DNA of 62,803 bases, the filler included, from Dugesia japonica (lineage: Eukaryota), in the NCBI GenBank assembly GCA_001938525.1. It is 5 parts of 5 records of this genome, joined end to end, with 100 filler letters (N's around TTAATTAATTAA, not from the genome) between each part and the next. Parts side by side here need not be neighbours in the genome. Positions count along the whole stretch, not along the records: positions 33,404 to 44,968 come from MQRL01635401.1; positions 45,069 to 62,803 come from MQRL01549150.1; 3 more parts are not named here. The stretch is one strand, 5' to 3'. Position 1 is the stretch's first letter, and the number at the start of each line of letters is the position of its first letter. Shown here piece by piece: positions 37,373-50,363 of the stretch. The translations under genes were made by a program, and so were the position numbers. The notes beneath the pieces were generated by a model, which was not told the DNA's origin, made no database searches, and saw only the letters and a list, made by a program, of their open reading frames with translations.

Positions 37373-39320
37373 ATAATGTTTTAATAGAATGCCATTTGGC
37401 ATCGCAGCGGCACCAGGGACATTTCAAGAGATGACAAAAGTGGTAGGCGGAATCAATGGAGCCATGGTTTATCTTGATGACATCCTGATATTTACGAACA
37501 ATAAAGATCAACACTATGAAGTCATTAAAAGAGTATTGGCAGAAATAACGAAGGCTGATCTAAGAATTAATCCTGAAAAGTCTCAGTTTCTTCAAAACAA
37601 AATAAAATTTCTTGGACACCTAATTAGCAAGGATGGTTTTAAAACTGATCCGTCTAAAATAGAAGCAATAAGAACATTTGGCAAACCTAACTAGGGAATT
37701 TGTAATTATTACAGGAAGCTTATAGAAAACTACGCAAGAAAATCAATGATATTAGAGCAGTTGTGTAGTGGGCCAAGCAACAAAAAATTAGAATGGACAG
37801 ATGAAATAAATGATACTTTTGAGAGTCTTAAGAAATCTCTAATTACTTCACCAATATTGTGTTTTCTGGACATAAACAAAGAATTTATATTAAATACAGA
37901 TGCCAGTTTTGATACTATTGGAACAGTATTGTTACAGAGAGATAAAGAAGGAAGAGAAAGAGTTGTTACCTAAGGATCAAACTCAGTGACGAGTCATAAA
38001 AAGGGATTTTGCATCAAACGAAAGGAATTATTGACTGTTTATTATTTCTGCAAGCACTTCAAACACTATTTATACGGTAAAAGATTTACTCTTAAAACAG
38101 ATCACAAGGCTCTAACCTTCATGATGATGACGAAGAAACCAATTACATCGCAATTTCAGACATGGATTAATCATCTGAGTAGTCTAGACATGGTTTTGGA
38201 ATATATAAAAGGAACTGAACATGGGAATGCAGATATGTTATCTAGACCAAGATGTGATGTATGTGTACAATGTCTAATGTCACATAAAGATACCAAGAAA
38301 GGGAAGATTAAAACGAAAATACTAAACATGATTGTAAAGGAAAAAGAAGAGCAATTAAACATTTCTGAGGACACAGATTTAATCAAGAAAATAAAAATTT
38401 TGGATGACAAAATACATGAGACAATAGAAGAAATAAATAAATTATTATGTCATGCAGGAGTTGAAAGATTGTACGAATACATAAGAAACAAATACATTGC
38501 GAAGAATTTGTGGAGCCAAATACAGAAGACAGATCGTGGCTGTGAAATTTGTCAGAAGATCAAAGTAGTGATGACAGCAACTAAAGAGAAGACAAAGAGT
38601 TTAGAAGCTTCCAATTTGTTTGAAGTCACATTCACAGATATATGTGGGCCTGTGCGGGAAACAAGTGAACGAAAAAAATACATTCTTGGAATAATCGACC
38701 AGTACAGTAGATATCTGGTTCTTATACCATTGTTTAGACAAGACGAGGAAACAATAAGAAAAGCTATTTTTGAAAAGTGGATATTGAGATTTGGGTGTCC
38801 AAGAGAAATGAGACTCGATTATGGAAAAGCTTTTGAATTCAAAATTATGGGAGAATTTGGCACTGAAGTTAGATATTAATGTTTGCTTTTTGAGTCCCTA
38901 TCAGGACAATTCGAAATTTAATTAATGCAACACTTCAAGAAAGAAAGACAACAGATTGAGCAGATCTTTTACCGGATATAGAATTTACAATGAACGCAAC
39001 AAAGCAGAAGACGACTGGAAAGAGGCAAGATAAGATCGTTTTTGGAAAGTAGATTAGCAGAGAAAAATGATATGAGTCAGATGTTTCCGGTTAAACTAAA
39101 GAAAACCCTTCAAATGGGAATACAAATAGGGAATTCAAAGTGAGCGATTTTGTACTTATAAAGATAGAAACAAGAAATAAAATTCAAGACAGATTTGAAG
39201 GACCTTATCGAATAATTGGGCGAATTCATGAAAGACGGAATGCGGTACAACGAGTAAATGGACAGCAATTAGAAAGAAATGTGGAAAAACTTAGAAGTTT
39301 CTTAAGAAGGGGGATATAAG
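37368..39320 (+). mobile_element. Gypsy B: RT core, RNase H, integrase, PPT
   Basis: RMPFGIAAAPGTFQ, VYLDDIL, NTDASF, LKTDHKAL, DICGP, IIDQYSRY, FEGPY; ends aagaagggggatataag. Confidence 0.92.
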
Positions 39321-39719
39321 AAAATAATTATTATTTAATATTTTTAGCCCTTAGAAAGTGAGTTAATTCAGTCCTCAGTTTTAATAAGTTATTTTCAATG
39401 ATAATTATTTCTAAATAGCAGAGTTGTAGTAGTAAAATAAATGATGTCTCAAAATATTAATTTTTATTTGGAAAATGAATTACTAATTGAAGCTTTACCT
39501 AACAACGTTCTTTAAAATATTCAATTTTATAATATTTTATATTCTTTAACTGTTTGAATAATTTTCTTGTTTCATTCATTTTAAAATCAAATACCTTTAC
39601 ACCAAGTAATTCATCAAAAAATTTTTAGTTTCTTTTTATTTTAGTTTCAAAACTTGTGTTTTATGTATTTCACTGTTAAAACGTAATTGTGTATAATTTT
39701 GTCAAGTAAATTTTAAATT

Positions 39720-42700
39720 ACAAATATTTCAAGAAAAGACGTATATATCAAGACAGTAGATTCTATAGTGGACAGAATATTTTGGAATAATGATTTCACA
39801 AAGGAAAAGTTAGTTGCTATGGTTCTAATATGGAGAACTGAAAACAGGAAAGTAGAAAAAGAGGTAGTATTGCGGAGGTTAGAAACTCTGGAGGAAATTG
39901 AGGAAACACTAGTTCTACTAGATCGAGTAGAGAAGAAATGGGAGCAAATTAACATTATACGTAGCTACGTGAGAGTAGTGAGTACACATAAAACGGAACC
40001 AAGATGATTAGACACTTGACAAATACGTGGTTAAGACGTAAGACGAGAGAAAGAATGTTGGAGATGTCATAAAAAAACGTCACATGAGAATACAGTGCTC
40101 AAAACAATGCAAACGACGAGGTCACCTAAGTAGAGATTCTCTTCTCACGAAGAGAACAAAATAGATGTTTTGGATGCAAAGAAATGGGACACATGAGAAG
40201 AGATTGTAAAAAGAGAGATGTTTTTAATGTGGTAGAAGCGGTCACAGAGAATCAGAGTGCCGAGAATATAGAGAAAGAAACATAATAAAAGATATAAAAA
40301 TTTGAAAAAAGGAACAGAAAAATTGATATGGTTATTTTAATGCCGTAGAAACACAAGAAGAAAGAGATAGACGAGGAGATGAGATAAATGAACATGGATC
40401 AGAGACACTGTATCTAAATGGGAGGGCTTCACCAAGAGAAGAAGTAATTGGAGCCATTTATTAGAAAATTCAATCAAGGAAGATCCTCGTGGAGTAGAGA
40501 AGTGGGGAAATAGAGAGAGAATCTATGAGAAAATATATAGTTTTCTGAAGAAAGAAAAGTTTGATTTGGTTAATGTTGAGGAGTGAGTGGGAGTATTGTC
40601 AGGAGGTCAACAGGTAAAAATAAGTTTCGATAAAATGCAGGGCAGACCAAGTGTAACAATATTTATTGGTGAAGTTGTAATTGAATGTCTTTTGGATATG
40701 GAGCTCCTATTATTGTGATTTACGATTCATACTTAGAGAAATGGCCGAAGTAAAAGTAGAACCTAGTGGGTTAAAGTTACATTGTGCAAATGCAGGTGGC
40801 TCAAATACTAAATGGATCATACGATTGGAAGTTCACTGGAAGAGAAAAGAGCAGAAGTTGAATTTATAGTAGCGGAAAGTGTGTATCCAAATACTATTGG
40901 AGGAATAAAATTTCAAAAAGTTTTTGGGTTTCAACTTAATAGAGAAAGTAAAGCAAATGAAGAAATTGGCAGAAGAGAATTGATAGAAAACATTGAAGCA
41001 AGGTTGGGTAGGGAAGCTGCAGAAGTAAATAGATGGGAAAGAGTGCAGAAACCGATATGTATTGTAGATGGAAGTAAATTACAAGCGATTTGCAAGAAGA
41101 GTGTAAATGTTTTTATGGCGTTGACAGGGGGATGTTGGTTGTTCTCATTTGGCTAAACATAGAATTGTGACAAATGCAGAGCCAATTAAATTGAAACCAT
41201 ATAGAATTAGATTACACCTAGAAAATTCTGTTAAAAAGAGAATTCAGAACCTGGTGAAGAATGAAATTATTCGGAAGTGTAATTCAGCTTGGAATGCGCC
41301 GCTAGTATGTATCTGGAAGAAAGAAAAAAAGGATATTAGACTGTTTGGATTTTAGGAGATTAAATGCGATAACTGAAAGACAAGCATTTCTTATGCCAAA
41401 TATAAATGAGATGTTGAATGCGTTACACGGGAATAGATATTTTAGCTCAATTAATTTAGGTAATGTAACTTACCAGGTATAACTCAAGAGAAAACCGCTT
41501 TTTCGACAAAACACGGGCAATACTGTTTTACCAGGATGTCATTTGAAATAGCAGCAGCGCCAGGTACATTACAGGAAGTAATGGAGAAATTGATAAATAA
41601 TCTGAAGGGAGCAATGTTATACCTTGACGATATATTAGTTTTTTCGAAGGATGAAGTGAGTCATTACATTGTAGTAAAGGAAGTATTGAAACGGATAATG
41701 AATGCGGGGTTAAGAGTTAATTCTGAGAAGTGAGAATTTCTAAAAATAATAAATTAGATTTCTGGGTTATATTGTGAGGGAAAAAGGTATACGAACGGAT
41801 CCCGCAAAAATTAAAGCTATTAAGGAGTTTAGTAGACCAAATTTTGAGAAGAAAATGCGCAGTTTTCTCGGGATTTGTAACTATTATTGTAAATTTATTA
41901 TAGCTTATGCGGCTAAATCTAGAAAATTGGAACAATTATGCAGCATTTCGAGTAATACAAAATTGATTTGGAATGAAGAATTGGAATTAGTATTTCAAGG
42001 ATGGAAAGTTGCGTTAATGGCGGCACCAATACTAGCATTTTTGGACTTGAAAAATAAATTTACAGTAGATACAGATGCTACTTTTGATACAGAGATTTAT
42101 TGTGTATCGATCGCATGCAATGACCAGTCATGAGAAAGGTTTATTGTATCACAAGAAAGGAATTGCTGGCAGTATATTAATTTTGTAATTTGTTCAAACA
42201 TTATCTTTATGGGAAGCGATTTAGACTGAGAACGGACCATTAAGCCATCACGCTCATGTTAGGAACAAAAAAGCAGTAACGCCACAATTACAGACGTGAA
42301 TGAACTATTTAAGAAGCTTGGACATAGAGTTACTTTATAGAAAAGAGGAATTTCACAGTAATGTAGATAAGTTATCACAAACCATAGCTTTGGTGAAAAT
42401 TGAGTAAGACATAGAAAGAAATTCGGAATGGTGTAGTAAGGAAGTGTCAAGGATACACAAACTGTTGTGTCACGCTGTGTTAGGTTAAGTAATTTTTCAA
42501 ATTACATTAAAAGACAATGGCTGAAGGTAAAATGGGGAGGCAAGATCAAAGAAGTGATTCAAAGTTGCGACCATTGTCAGATAACAAAAATTTGTATGGA
42601 CGTAACAAAGGAAGAAGTAATGAAAACAGAAGCAGGTTTTCCAGTGGAAACACTGTGGATAGATATATGTGGACCGTGGAGAGAAATACCAGGAAGGAAA

Positions 42701-43672
42701 ATAAATATTGGGTATAATATATCAATATACCGAATACATAGTCTTAGTAGCACTGTCTAGGCAAGACGAAATAACGGTACAACGAGTGATTATGAATCAG
42801 TGAATGTTGAAGTGAGTTTGCCAGAAGATGACTATAGCAAATGGCGGCTGGATTTTGAATCCAAACTTATAAAGGATTTTACATCACGTTTGGAAATGAA
42901 ATTACAGGCGTCTATTCCGTACCATCACAAAAGAAATGGTCAAATAGAACGGCAATTCAAAATGGGTAGAGAATGGATAAATGCAACTCTACGAAAAAGA
43001 AAAAAGTAAGATTGGGCCGAAATATTACCCGAGATGGAATTCGTGATAAATCCAACGAAGCAGAAAACAACATAGAGGAGTCCAGTGGAACTAATGATGA
43101 GAAGATGTATCAGTCGGGAAATTGGCGAGAAAACTGAGGAAAACAACAATATAGATGAGAAAATGAAGAACATGACTCGAAGAAACTTTCAAGTAGGGCA
43201 GTGGGTATTAGTCAAGAGTGAAGGCGTCGATTAAAATAAAAAAAACTTTATTGGACCTTACCGAGTGATAGAAAAGCAACACGAGAGGAGATATGTGTTA
43301 CAAGATAAGCAGGGGAAAAAGATAGAAAGGAATATGGAAAAGTTAAAAATTTTCTTAAAGTAGGGGGATGTGAGGAAAATATGATAAGTGGAAATTTTTA
43401 TTCTTTGAATTTTTTAAAAAACTGTTGGTATTTTGAATTGGAATTTTTAGTGGAATTAAGAATTAAAGATCGATATTAAGATAATCTCGTAATTTTTTGT
43501 AATTGCTTGTAACTGTATTTAATCTTATTAAACTGTAAATTTTATCTGTAAAATTTTTTATTATATTTTTAAACGCTTTTACATTTAATTGAAAGTAATA
43601 AATCTTTTATAAATAATTTTCTTTATTATGTTAAATGAAAATTTAATAAATTCTGAGGTATGTATGCCTCAC

Positions 43673-43673
<1 letters not shown>
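39720..43673 (+). mobile_element. Gypsy C: gag with CCHC knuckles, PR, RT, RH, IN, PPT and 3' LTR
   Basis: Zinc knuckles 40050-40262; CLLDMG protease site; HRIVTNAEPIKLKPYR; LYLDDIL; VDTDAT; WIDICGP; FIGPY; PPT taggggga followed by TG. Confidence 0.9.
43369..43673 (+). repeat. 3' LTR of Gypsy C
   Basis: Perfect 7-bp inverted termini TGTGAGG...CCTCACA immediately after the PPT; internal AATAAA. Confidence 0.8.
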
Positions 43674-43721
<48 letters not shown>

Positions 43722-43771
43722 NNNNNNNNNNNNNNNNNNNNNNNNNNNNNNNNNNNNNNNNNNNNNNNNNN

Positions 43772-43838
<67 letters not shown>
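43673..43838. repeat. (AAT)n microsatellite spanning a gap
   Basis: Direct reading. Confidence 0.95.
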
Positions 43839-43840
<2 letters not shown>

Positions 43841-43843
43841 CAT

Positions 43844-44317
43844 TGTGATGAAATGTTAATTAAAATTAAAGTTGATTTAAAGTGAAGAATGTTTTAAATT
43901 ATAAACGCCTATATTTTCAGAGTATTTTTTGTAATAATAGCAAATAATAAAATATTAAATTATAGGATAAACTTAAAAATATATTATCGTTGGAAATTGC
44001 AGTTATTATTATTTCTATTGTTGGAGTTGTAAATTGGAAGTATAGTGTAATTTTGAATTTATATTATTGAAGTTTTTAACATTTTATTATTGGAGTGTAA
44101 ATTGGAATTCTTCTATTAACATTGGAATTAACATTTGTGTTCATTATTGAAATATTGTCAAGTTTCGTGTAAGTTATTAAAATTTAAATCTAGTAATAAC
44201 TATAATTATTTATTTTCTATTATCATTTTAAAAATTAACATTTTATTATTATAAATAATTAACATTATTAACATTAACACTATTAACATTCCTCCAAATT
44301 TACTCGGTGCCATCATA
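43844..44317. repeat. Possible solo LTR
   Basis: TGTGATG...CATCATA termini, flanks acat/atat, internal attgga repeats; no partner copy in the window. Confidence 0.35.
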
Positions 44318-44968
44318 ATATCTATTACACATAATTGGTAATTCTGTATAATATGTTAGAGGAATTATTGACAGCTAACAAACATAATGAAAATAATAAT
44401 AATAATAAATCAAACTTCGTATATTGCTGGTATTCTAACTGTGGTTTTTCGACTAATAGTATATTAAAAATTGGGAGTATTATAGTTATTATAAAGCTAT
44501 CATTTTGTGCATAGAGTACTTTTTTCATTACTTTCTAGTAGATAGATAGTGGCAGTTAAGAACAGCACACATTCAGCAAGCCCCCCCTACGTAATCGGAT
44601 TATTACATAACTGTTTTTAAAATTTTCTAATGTAAATAGGCGGCGAACAAATTTTGCACACAAATTATGTCATGAGATTAATTTCATCGGCGAAATTTTA
44701 TGTAATAGGATTAACTGATTTTAAATTTTTCTAATGTATTTAGTTGGGAAAAATTTTTAGGCTTTTTAAAAAGCAATATTTTATAGCCTTTTTAGTTAGG
44801 AATTTATTCGGTGAGGTCAAAAAAGGTCAATTTTTTATTGGTTTTAAGTGGTTTTTGTCCAAAATTTATTCGGTGAAGTCGAATGTGAACAATGTTTGGC
44901 TGGTTCAGGTGAATTTGGTCAATTATTTCCTCGGGATTGGTTGGTTTGGGTAATTTTTGGGCGTTTTG

Positions 44969-45068
44969 NNNNNNNNNNNNNNNNNNNNNNNNNNNNNNNN
45001 NNNNNNNNNNNNTTAATTAATTAANNNNNNNNNNNNNNNNNNNNNNNNNNNNNNNNNNNNNNNNNNNN
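44969..45068. other. Artificial contig spacer
   Basis: N44-TTAATTAATTAA-N44. Confidence 0.95.
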
Positions 45069-46005
45069 TATTGTTGTTGTATTTACAATGCAAAGTAAGT
45101 ATCAAAATTATTTTCGAATTTAATCAATTAAAAAATCGATTAATTCGTTGAAAAGTAATTACTAAATTCCATAATGTTTAAACCAATCAACCAATGAAAT
45201 TGTCTTATTTTTATAAAGAGAATATTATTTCAATATTTACACTAAAATATATTAAACATCAAACGTGCTTTTCGAATTCAATTCATGGACCTTTTTGTTT
45301 TTATAATAAAACTTAAGTTTTAAAACCAAACAAAAATATATTTATTTATTTATTTATGCATATTTTCTTTACCTTTTTTCTGTAAACAATAAAATTTAAC
45401 AAATACACCACCAAATAAATATTTCTCGATATTTGTTACATTAACAAAATCAAGAGTTACTTTGGTTTTGTCAATGATAAGAGGACAATGTGATGAGTAT
45501 ATAATTACAATTTTATACCGATTCTCACATGGTTGATGTAACTGACTGCTTTGCTGGGATTTCCAGAGAACACACAGGTGCCAATGCTACCCGCAGCAGG
45601 GGAGTTATCCAATATCTGTGGTTTGGCTGTTTCCGTATTACGGTATCCTCAGCCCCGGTTAAGTCAAGACTGTTTCAACAAATGCTTGTTCACAAACTTC
45701 ATGCTATTACTTGAAGCAAGTAGGGAAATTGAGAACTGAAAATTTGCAACGTTTATTTTTTTCGGATGATAATTTTTGTTAATTAATTTGCATTGATTTA
45801 ATTGAATTAATAACATGTAAAACAAAACAAAAATTAATTTATTGAAGTTTTTAATCAATTTTGTCAAAATTTCTACAAATAATATTTTATGTAATTTAAG
45901 AATTATTAGAACAATTGATTTTATCAGTGAAATGTATTTAGGTTCTGTTGAAAAATTGCAAAATAGAATAATAAAGATAATAAAGATAATAATAATAATA
46001 ATAAT

Positions 46006-46050
<45 letters not shown>

Positions 46051-47330
46051 NNNNNNNNNNNNNNNNNNNNNNNNNNNNNNNNNNNNNNNNNNNNNNNNNN
46101 NNNNNNNNNNNNNNNNNNNNNNNNNNNNNNNNNNNNNNNNNNNNNNNNNNNNNNNNNNNNNNNNNNNNNNNNNNNNNNNNNNNNNNNNNNNNNNNNNNNN
46201 NNNNNNNNNNNNNNNNNNNNNNNNNNNNNNNNNNNNNNNNNNNNNNNNNNNNNNNNNNNNNNNNNNNNNNNNNNNNNNNNNNNNNNNNNNNNNNNNNNNN
46301 NNNNNNNNNNNNNNNNNNNNNNNNNNNNNATAATGATAAATAATAATAATATTGATTTATAATAAGTTGTCTAGAATTAATAATTGATTTCATAGTTTTG
46401 GCCAAGTTTTTTTCTAGTAATAAATTTTATTTCTTATTAATGTGAATGTATTGTTTTATTTAAATTAAATTTTAGTACATAATGAAAACCAAACAATGTA
46501 TTACGTCTACAATTTTTTTCGCTTGATTAATTTAGAAAAATAAACAAATATAAATATAAATTTTAAAAGTAATTCTGAATTGAAATAAATATTGAAAAAA
46601 CTTCCATAAAAAAAACGTTATAAATTAACTTTAAATTTTATTGTGAAATTTTAACGAAAATATTGATACACATTTATTCATAAAATTTAGTCATAACAGC
46701 AAACAAAATTTCAGTTTTTTGAAGATTAAGCAAAGATTTATTTAATTTATTTAATGAAATTCATAAATTCTAAAATAACTAAATAAAAAAAAGTTTCAAT
46801 CTTAGGATTTTGTGCAAATTTTTTATGGTTCAGATTTAACTTAATTCTTTGTTTCCAATTTCAAAAGCTTGCAAATCGAAATTAGAAAATTTTTTTCTCT
46901 AATAATTTTAAAACAATATTAATTAATTTTTCAAATTTTNAAACAAATTTAAAATAATCTAAAACTATAATAATTAATTACAAAAAAATAAAAAATAAAT
47001 TTTTAGAGTTTCTTTAAAATATTCATTAAAAAACATACACAATTTCGTTTTCTTGCATTTAATTCAAAAAATTAAAATTTAAATATAATTTGTAAATTGA
47101 AATAATATTGAATAATTAATAAAACAATTTTTTATTGAAAATTAACTAAGTAAACAGCAACACATTTTCTTGAAAAAAAAACAAAAACAATATTGAGAAC
47201 CACTGAAAGAAAATTTAAACAGAGATCAAATTAAAACAAATACTTTTCGATAATATATTTTAGGGTTTGGTGTTAATAATAATTTATTAATAATTATTAA
47301 TAATAAATTTTGTATATTATTGATAATAAT

Positions 47331-49366
47331 TAGGGATGGGTAGTAATTAATAATTATTAATAATAAATTATTGATAATAAATAGAATTATTTTTATTATC
47401 TTCAAAATGAATTTTAAAACAGAAAATATAATTCCAATGAAAAGACGAAGTAGCGCGTGGAATTATTTCTGACAGTGCTAAATGCAAAGAATGTAACCAC
47501 ATTTTATCAATAAATTTACAGACAGATGGTATGCTGTATCATATTTGTTAGGAACATGAGCAAAACACAGCCTTAAATCACGCAATCCAAGTAAGCGAAA
47601 ATTCTGAAAAGATACTTTATAAATTAATTTTACAAGACTTTAATTTTTAGATTTAGTAATTTTTTTGCAAAATTGAATCCAGCCTTCAAAATCCCTTTAA
47701 GACGTCATTTTACTAGTTCTATTCTGCCTAATATTTTTTCGACATTTCATAAAAAAATATATGATATCTTACATACGTCTTCTTTTGTTAGTTTTACAAC
47801 AGACACTTGGACGTCAATCGCCAATGAATCTTATATGGCAATTACAACCCATTTTATCAATAATGACTTTGAAATGAAAACCTTTTTAATATCGATTGTT
47901 TCTTTTCCTGAAAAACACACTGCTCAAAAATTTATTTGAAAAATTTTCAGATGAATTAAAGAAATATAATTCACTATCTAAATATGTTTCAGTGTTGTAA
48001 TGATAGGGCAGCAAATCTTTTAAAGACAATGTCTGAGGGATTAGGTAACAATATAAAATGCTTTGCACATCTTTTACAGTTATGTATTACAAATGCGTTT
48101 AAGAATAGAGAAGTACAAGTTATTGTGAAAAAATCAGACATATTGTAGGTCATTTTAAGCATAGTTTATCTGCTTCCACTTTATAAGAAAAATATCAAAA
48201 ACAATTAAATAAGCCTATTCATGTATTAATGCAAGATGTTGCAACACGGTGGAATTCCGTTTATTATATGATAGTAAGAATATTGGAACAAAAGCAAGCT
48301 ATATATAGCGTTTTACTGAAGCAAAATAAAATTGATATTTTAGGAATATTAAAAGATGAANNNNNNNNNNNNNNNNNNNNNNNNNNNNNNNNNNNNNNNN
48401 NNNNNNNNNNNNNNNNNNNNNNNNNNNNNNNNNNNNNNNNNNNNNNNNNNNNNNNNNNNNNNNNNNNNNNNNNNNNNNNNNAAATTTAATAATTAATGAA
48501 ATTGATTGTCTTGATAATACTCACATATTAAGTAATTTCTTAAATACATTATATTTAGAAATTGAAAAACTGCGAACAAAATATGATAATACTATTATCA
48601 TTTTAGGTAAATGCTCGTTTCTAGATCCAAGATTTAAGAGTTTGAAATTTTGCAGTGATAGCAAACAACTATTGATTTTAAATGAAATTTGTTCGGAAAT
48701 GAATTTACTATAAACAAGCAGTGATTTAACAATCAGTCAAAACAATAAACCCAAAGACTCTTTACTTTGGAATGACTATAGTGAAAAACCAGAAATGTTT
48801 TTTGATGAAATCTCAAAATATAAAACGCTATCGTTACTAAATATATTTGATGACCCTCTCATCTTTTGGAAGAAAAACAAAATAAATTTACCGAAATTAT
48901 CTAAACTTGCAATGAAATATCTATGCATATCAAGTTCATCTTCTGAAAGAATATTTTCTTGGGCCGGATTTATTGATAACGAATTAAGAAACAGATTGAC
49001 GCCTAACAATGTCAAAATGCTTGTTTTCTTAAAGAATAACTTATCTCATGTTGATGAATAAATAAACATTATTATTAATTATTATAGTTAGAAATAAAAA
49101 TAATATTTTTTCTAATTCATGTTTTCATATTGTTATTATTTCTAATAGCCAAATTATAAATGTAACTGAACCAGAACATCTATTAAATTTTTTTATAAAA
49201 AATATTTTAATTTACAAATATGACAGAAATTTTTGATATTGACAATTTAGCCGGGTTTCAATCTTTTTATATAACATAATCAATGTACGATCTCATTTTT
49301 TTATTTGTTTCCAATGTTATTAATTAAATGTATATATACATATAATTATTATTAATCCCATCCCTA
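47331..49366 (+). mobile_element. Ac-family hAT transposon (ZBED1/4-like transposase), degenerate, both TIRs present
   Basis: TIRs tagggatggg / cccatcccta; BED finger RSSAWNYF..AKCKEC; FTTDTWTS; KCFAHLLQL; QDVATRWNS; FLDPRFK; dimerisation domain DPLIFWK..LPKLSKLAMKYL..SERIFS. Confidence 0.92.
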
Positions 49367-50363
49367 ATAAATCACAAGTTACTATTTTGAAAAATCTTAT
49401 CAAGGATAATTGGTTTTACGAGTTTTCTTTACTGTCAAAATGTCAGTAGAAGTATTTATTAAATTAACTTTTGATAATTTTGTTTAGTAGGATTTTTTTC
49501 TAATAAAATTTGATTTTTAAAAATTTTTTCAGTTATGTAATTAATATTTTAATACAATTTGTGAATAATTATTTACATTATAAATCATTGTATGAATTAT
49601 CCAGTTTACTTATAAACTAAAAAATTTCAAAATTCATTGAACCATAAAATTCTCAATTCAACTATTTATTAAAACAAATTAATTTTAATATAATAAAATA
49701 ATAATAGTAATTACAATTTNNNNNNNNNNNNNNNNNNNNNNNNNNNNNNNNNNNNNNNNNNNNNNNNNNNNNNNNNNNNNNNNNNNNNNNNNNNNNNNNN
49801 NNNNNNNNNNNNNNNNNNNNNNNNNNNNNNNNNNNNNNNNNNNNNNNNNNNNNNNNNNNNNNNNNNNNNNNNNNNNNNNNNNNNNNNNNNNNNNNNNNNN
49901 NNNNNNNNNNNNNNNNNNNNNNNTCTTGAAAGGGTTCCCCTGAGGACTGTTTTTCCCCAGTCACCACATTTTTCAACTCAGGTGGAACCCCAACAATTAT
50001 AATATTATTTTTATTACTATTAATATTATAATTATTACTAATTATTTATTATTATTAATAATTATAATTATAATTGCCATAATTATTATTATAACGACAT
50101 TTTTTACTACAATTATTATCCTTATAATTATTATTTGCTAGGGTTATTATTGTTAGTATTCCGTAAAAATTCAAACAAAATTACATAAAGTAACTTTTTT
50201 CTCAACATAATTGCTAAAATGCTGGCACTAAAATCCAATTTTTTATGGTTCTTCAGAAATTTGCCATTACTTAATTAAATGAAAATATCTGTTGTAAAAT
50301 TTAATTGCTATTTTGAATTATTTTTTTTATCAAAAAAACNNNNNNNNNNNNNNNNNNNNTTTC

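Noticed and set aside
45620-45665. Hammerhead ribozyme on the minus strand (CTGAGGA..GAAAC)
   Set aside because: Stems I and III and a cleavage triplet cannot be formed; a simple hairpin with an internal loop explains it better.
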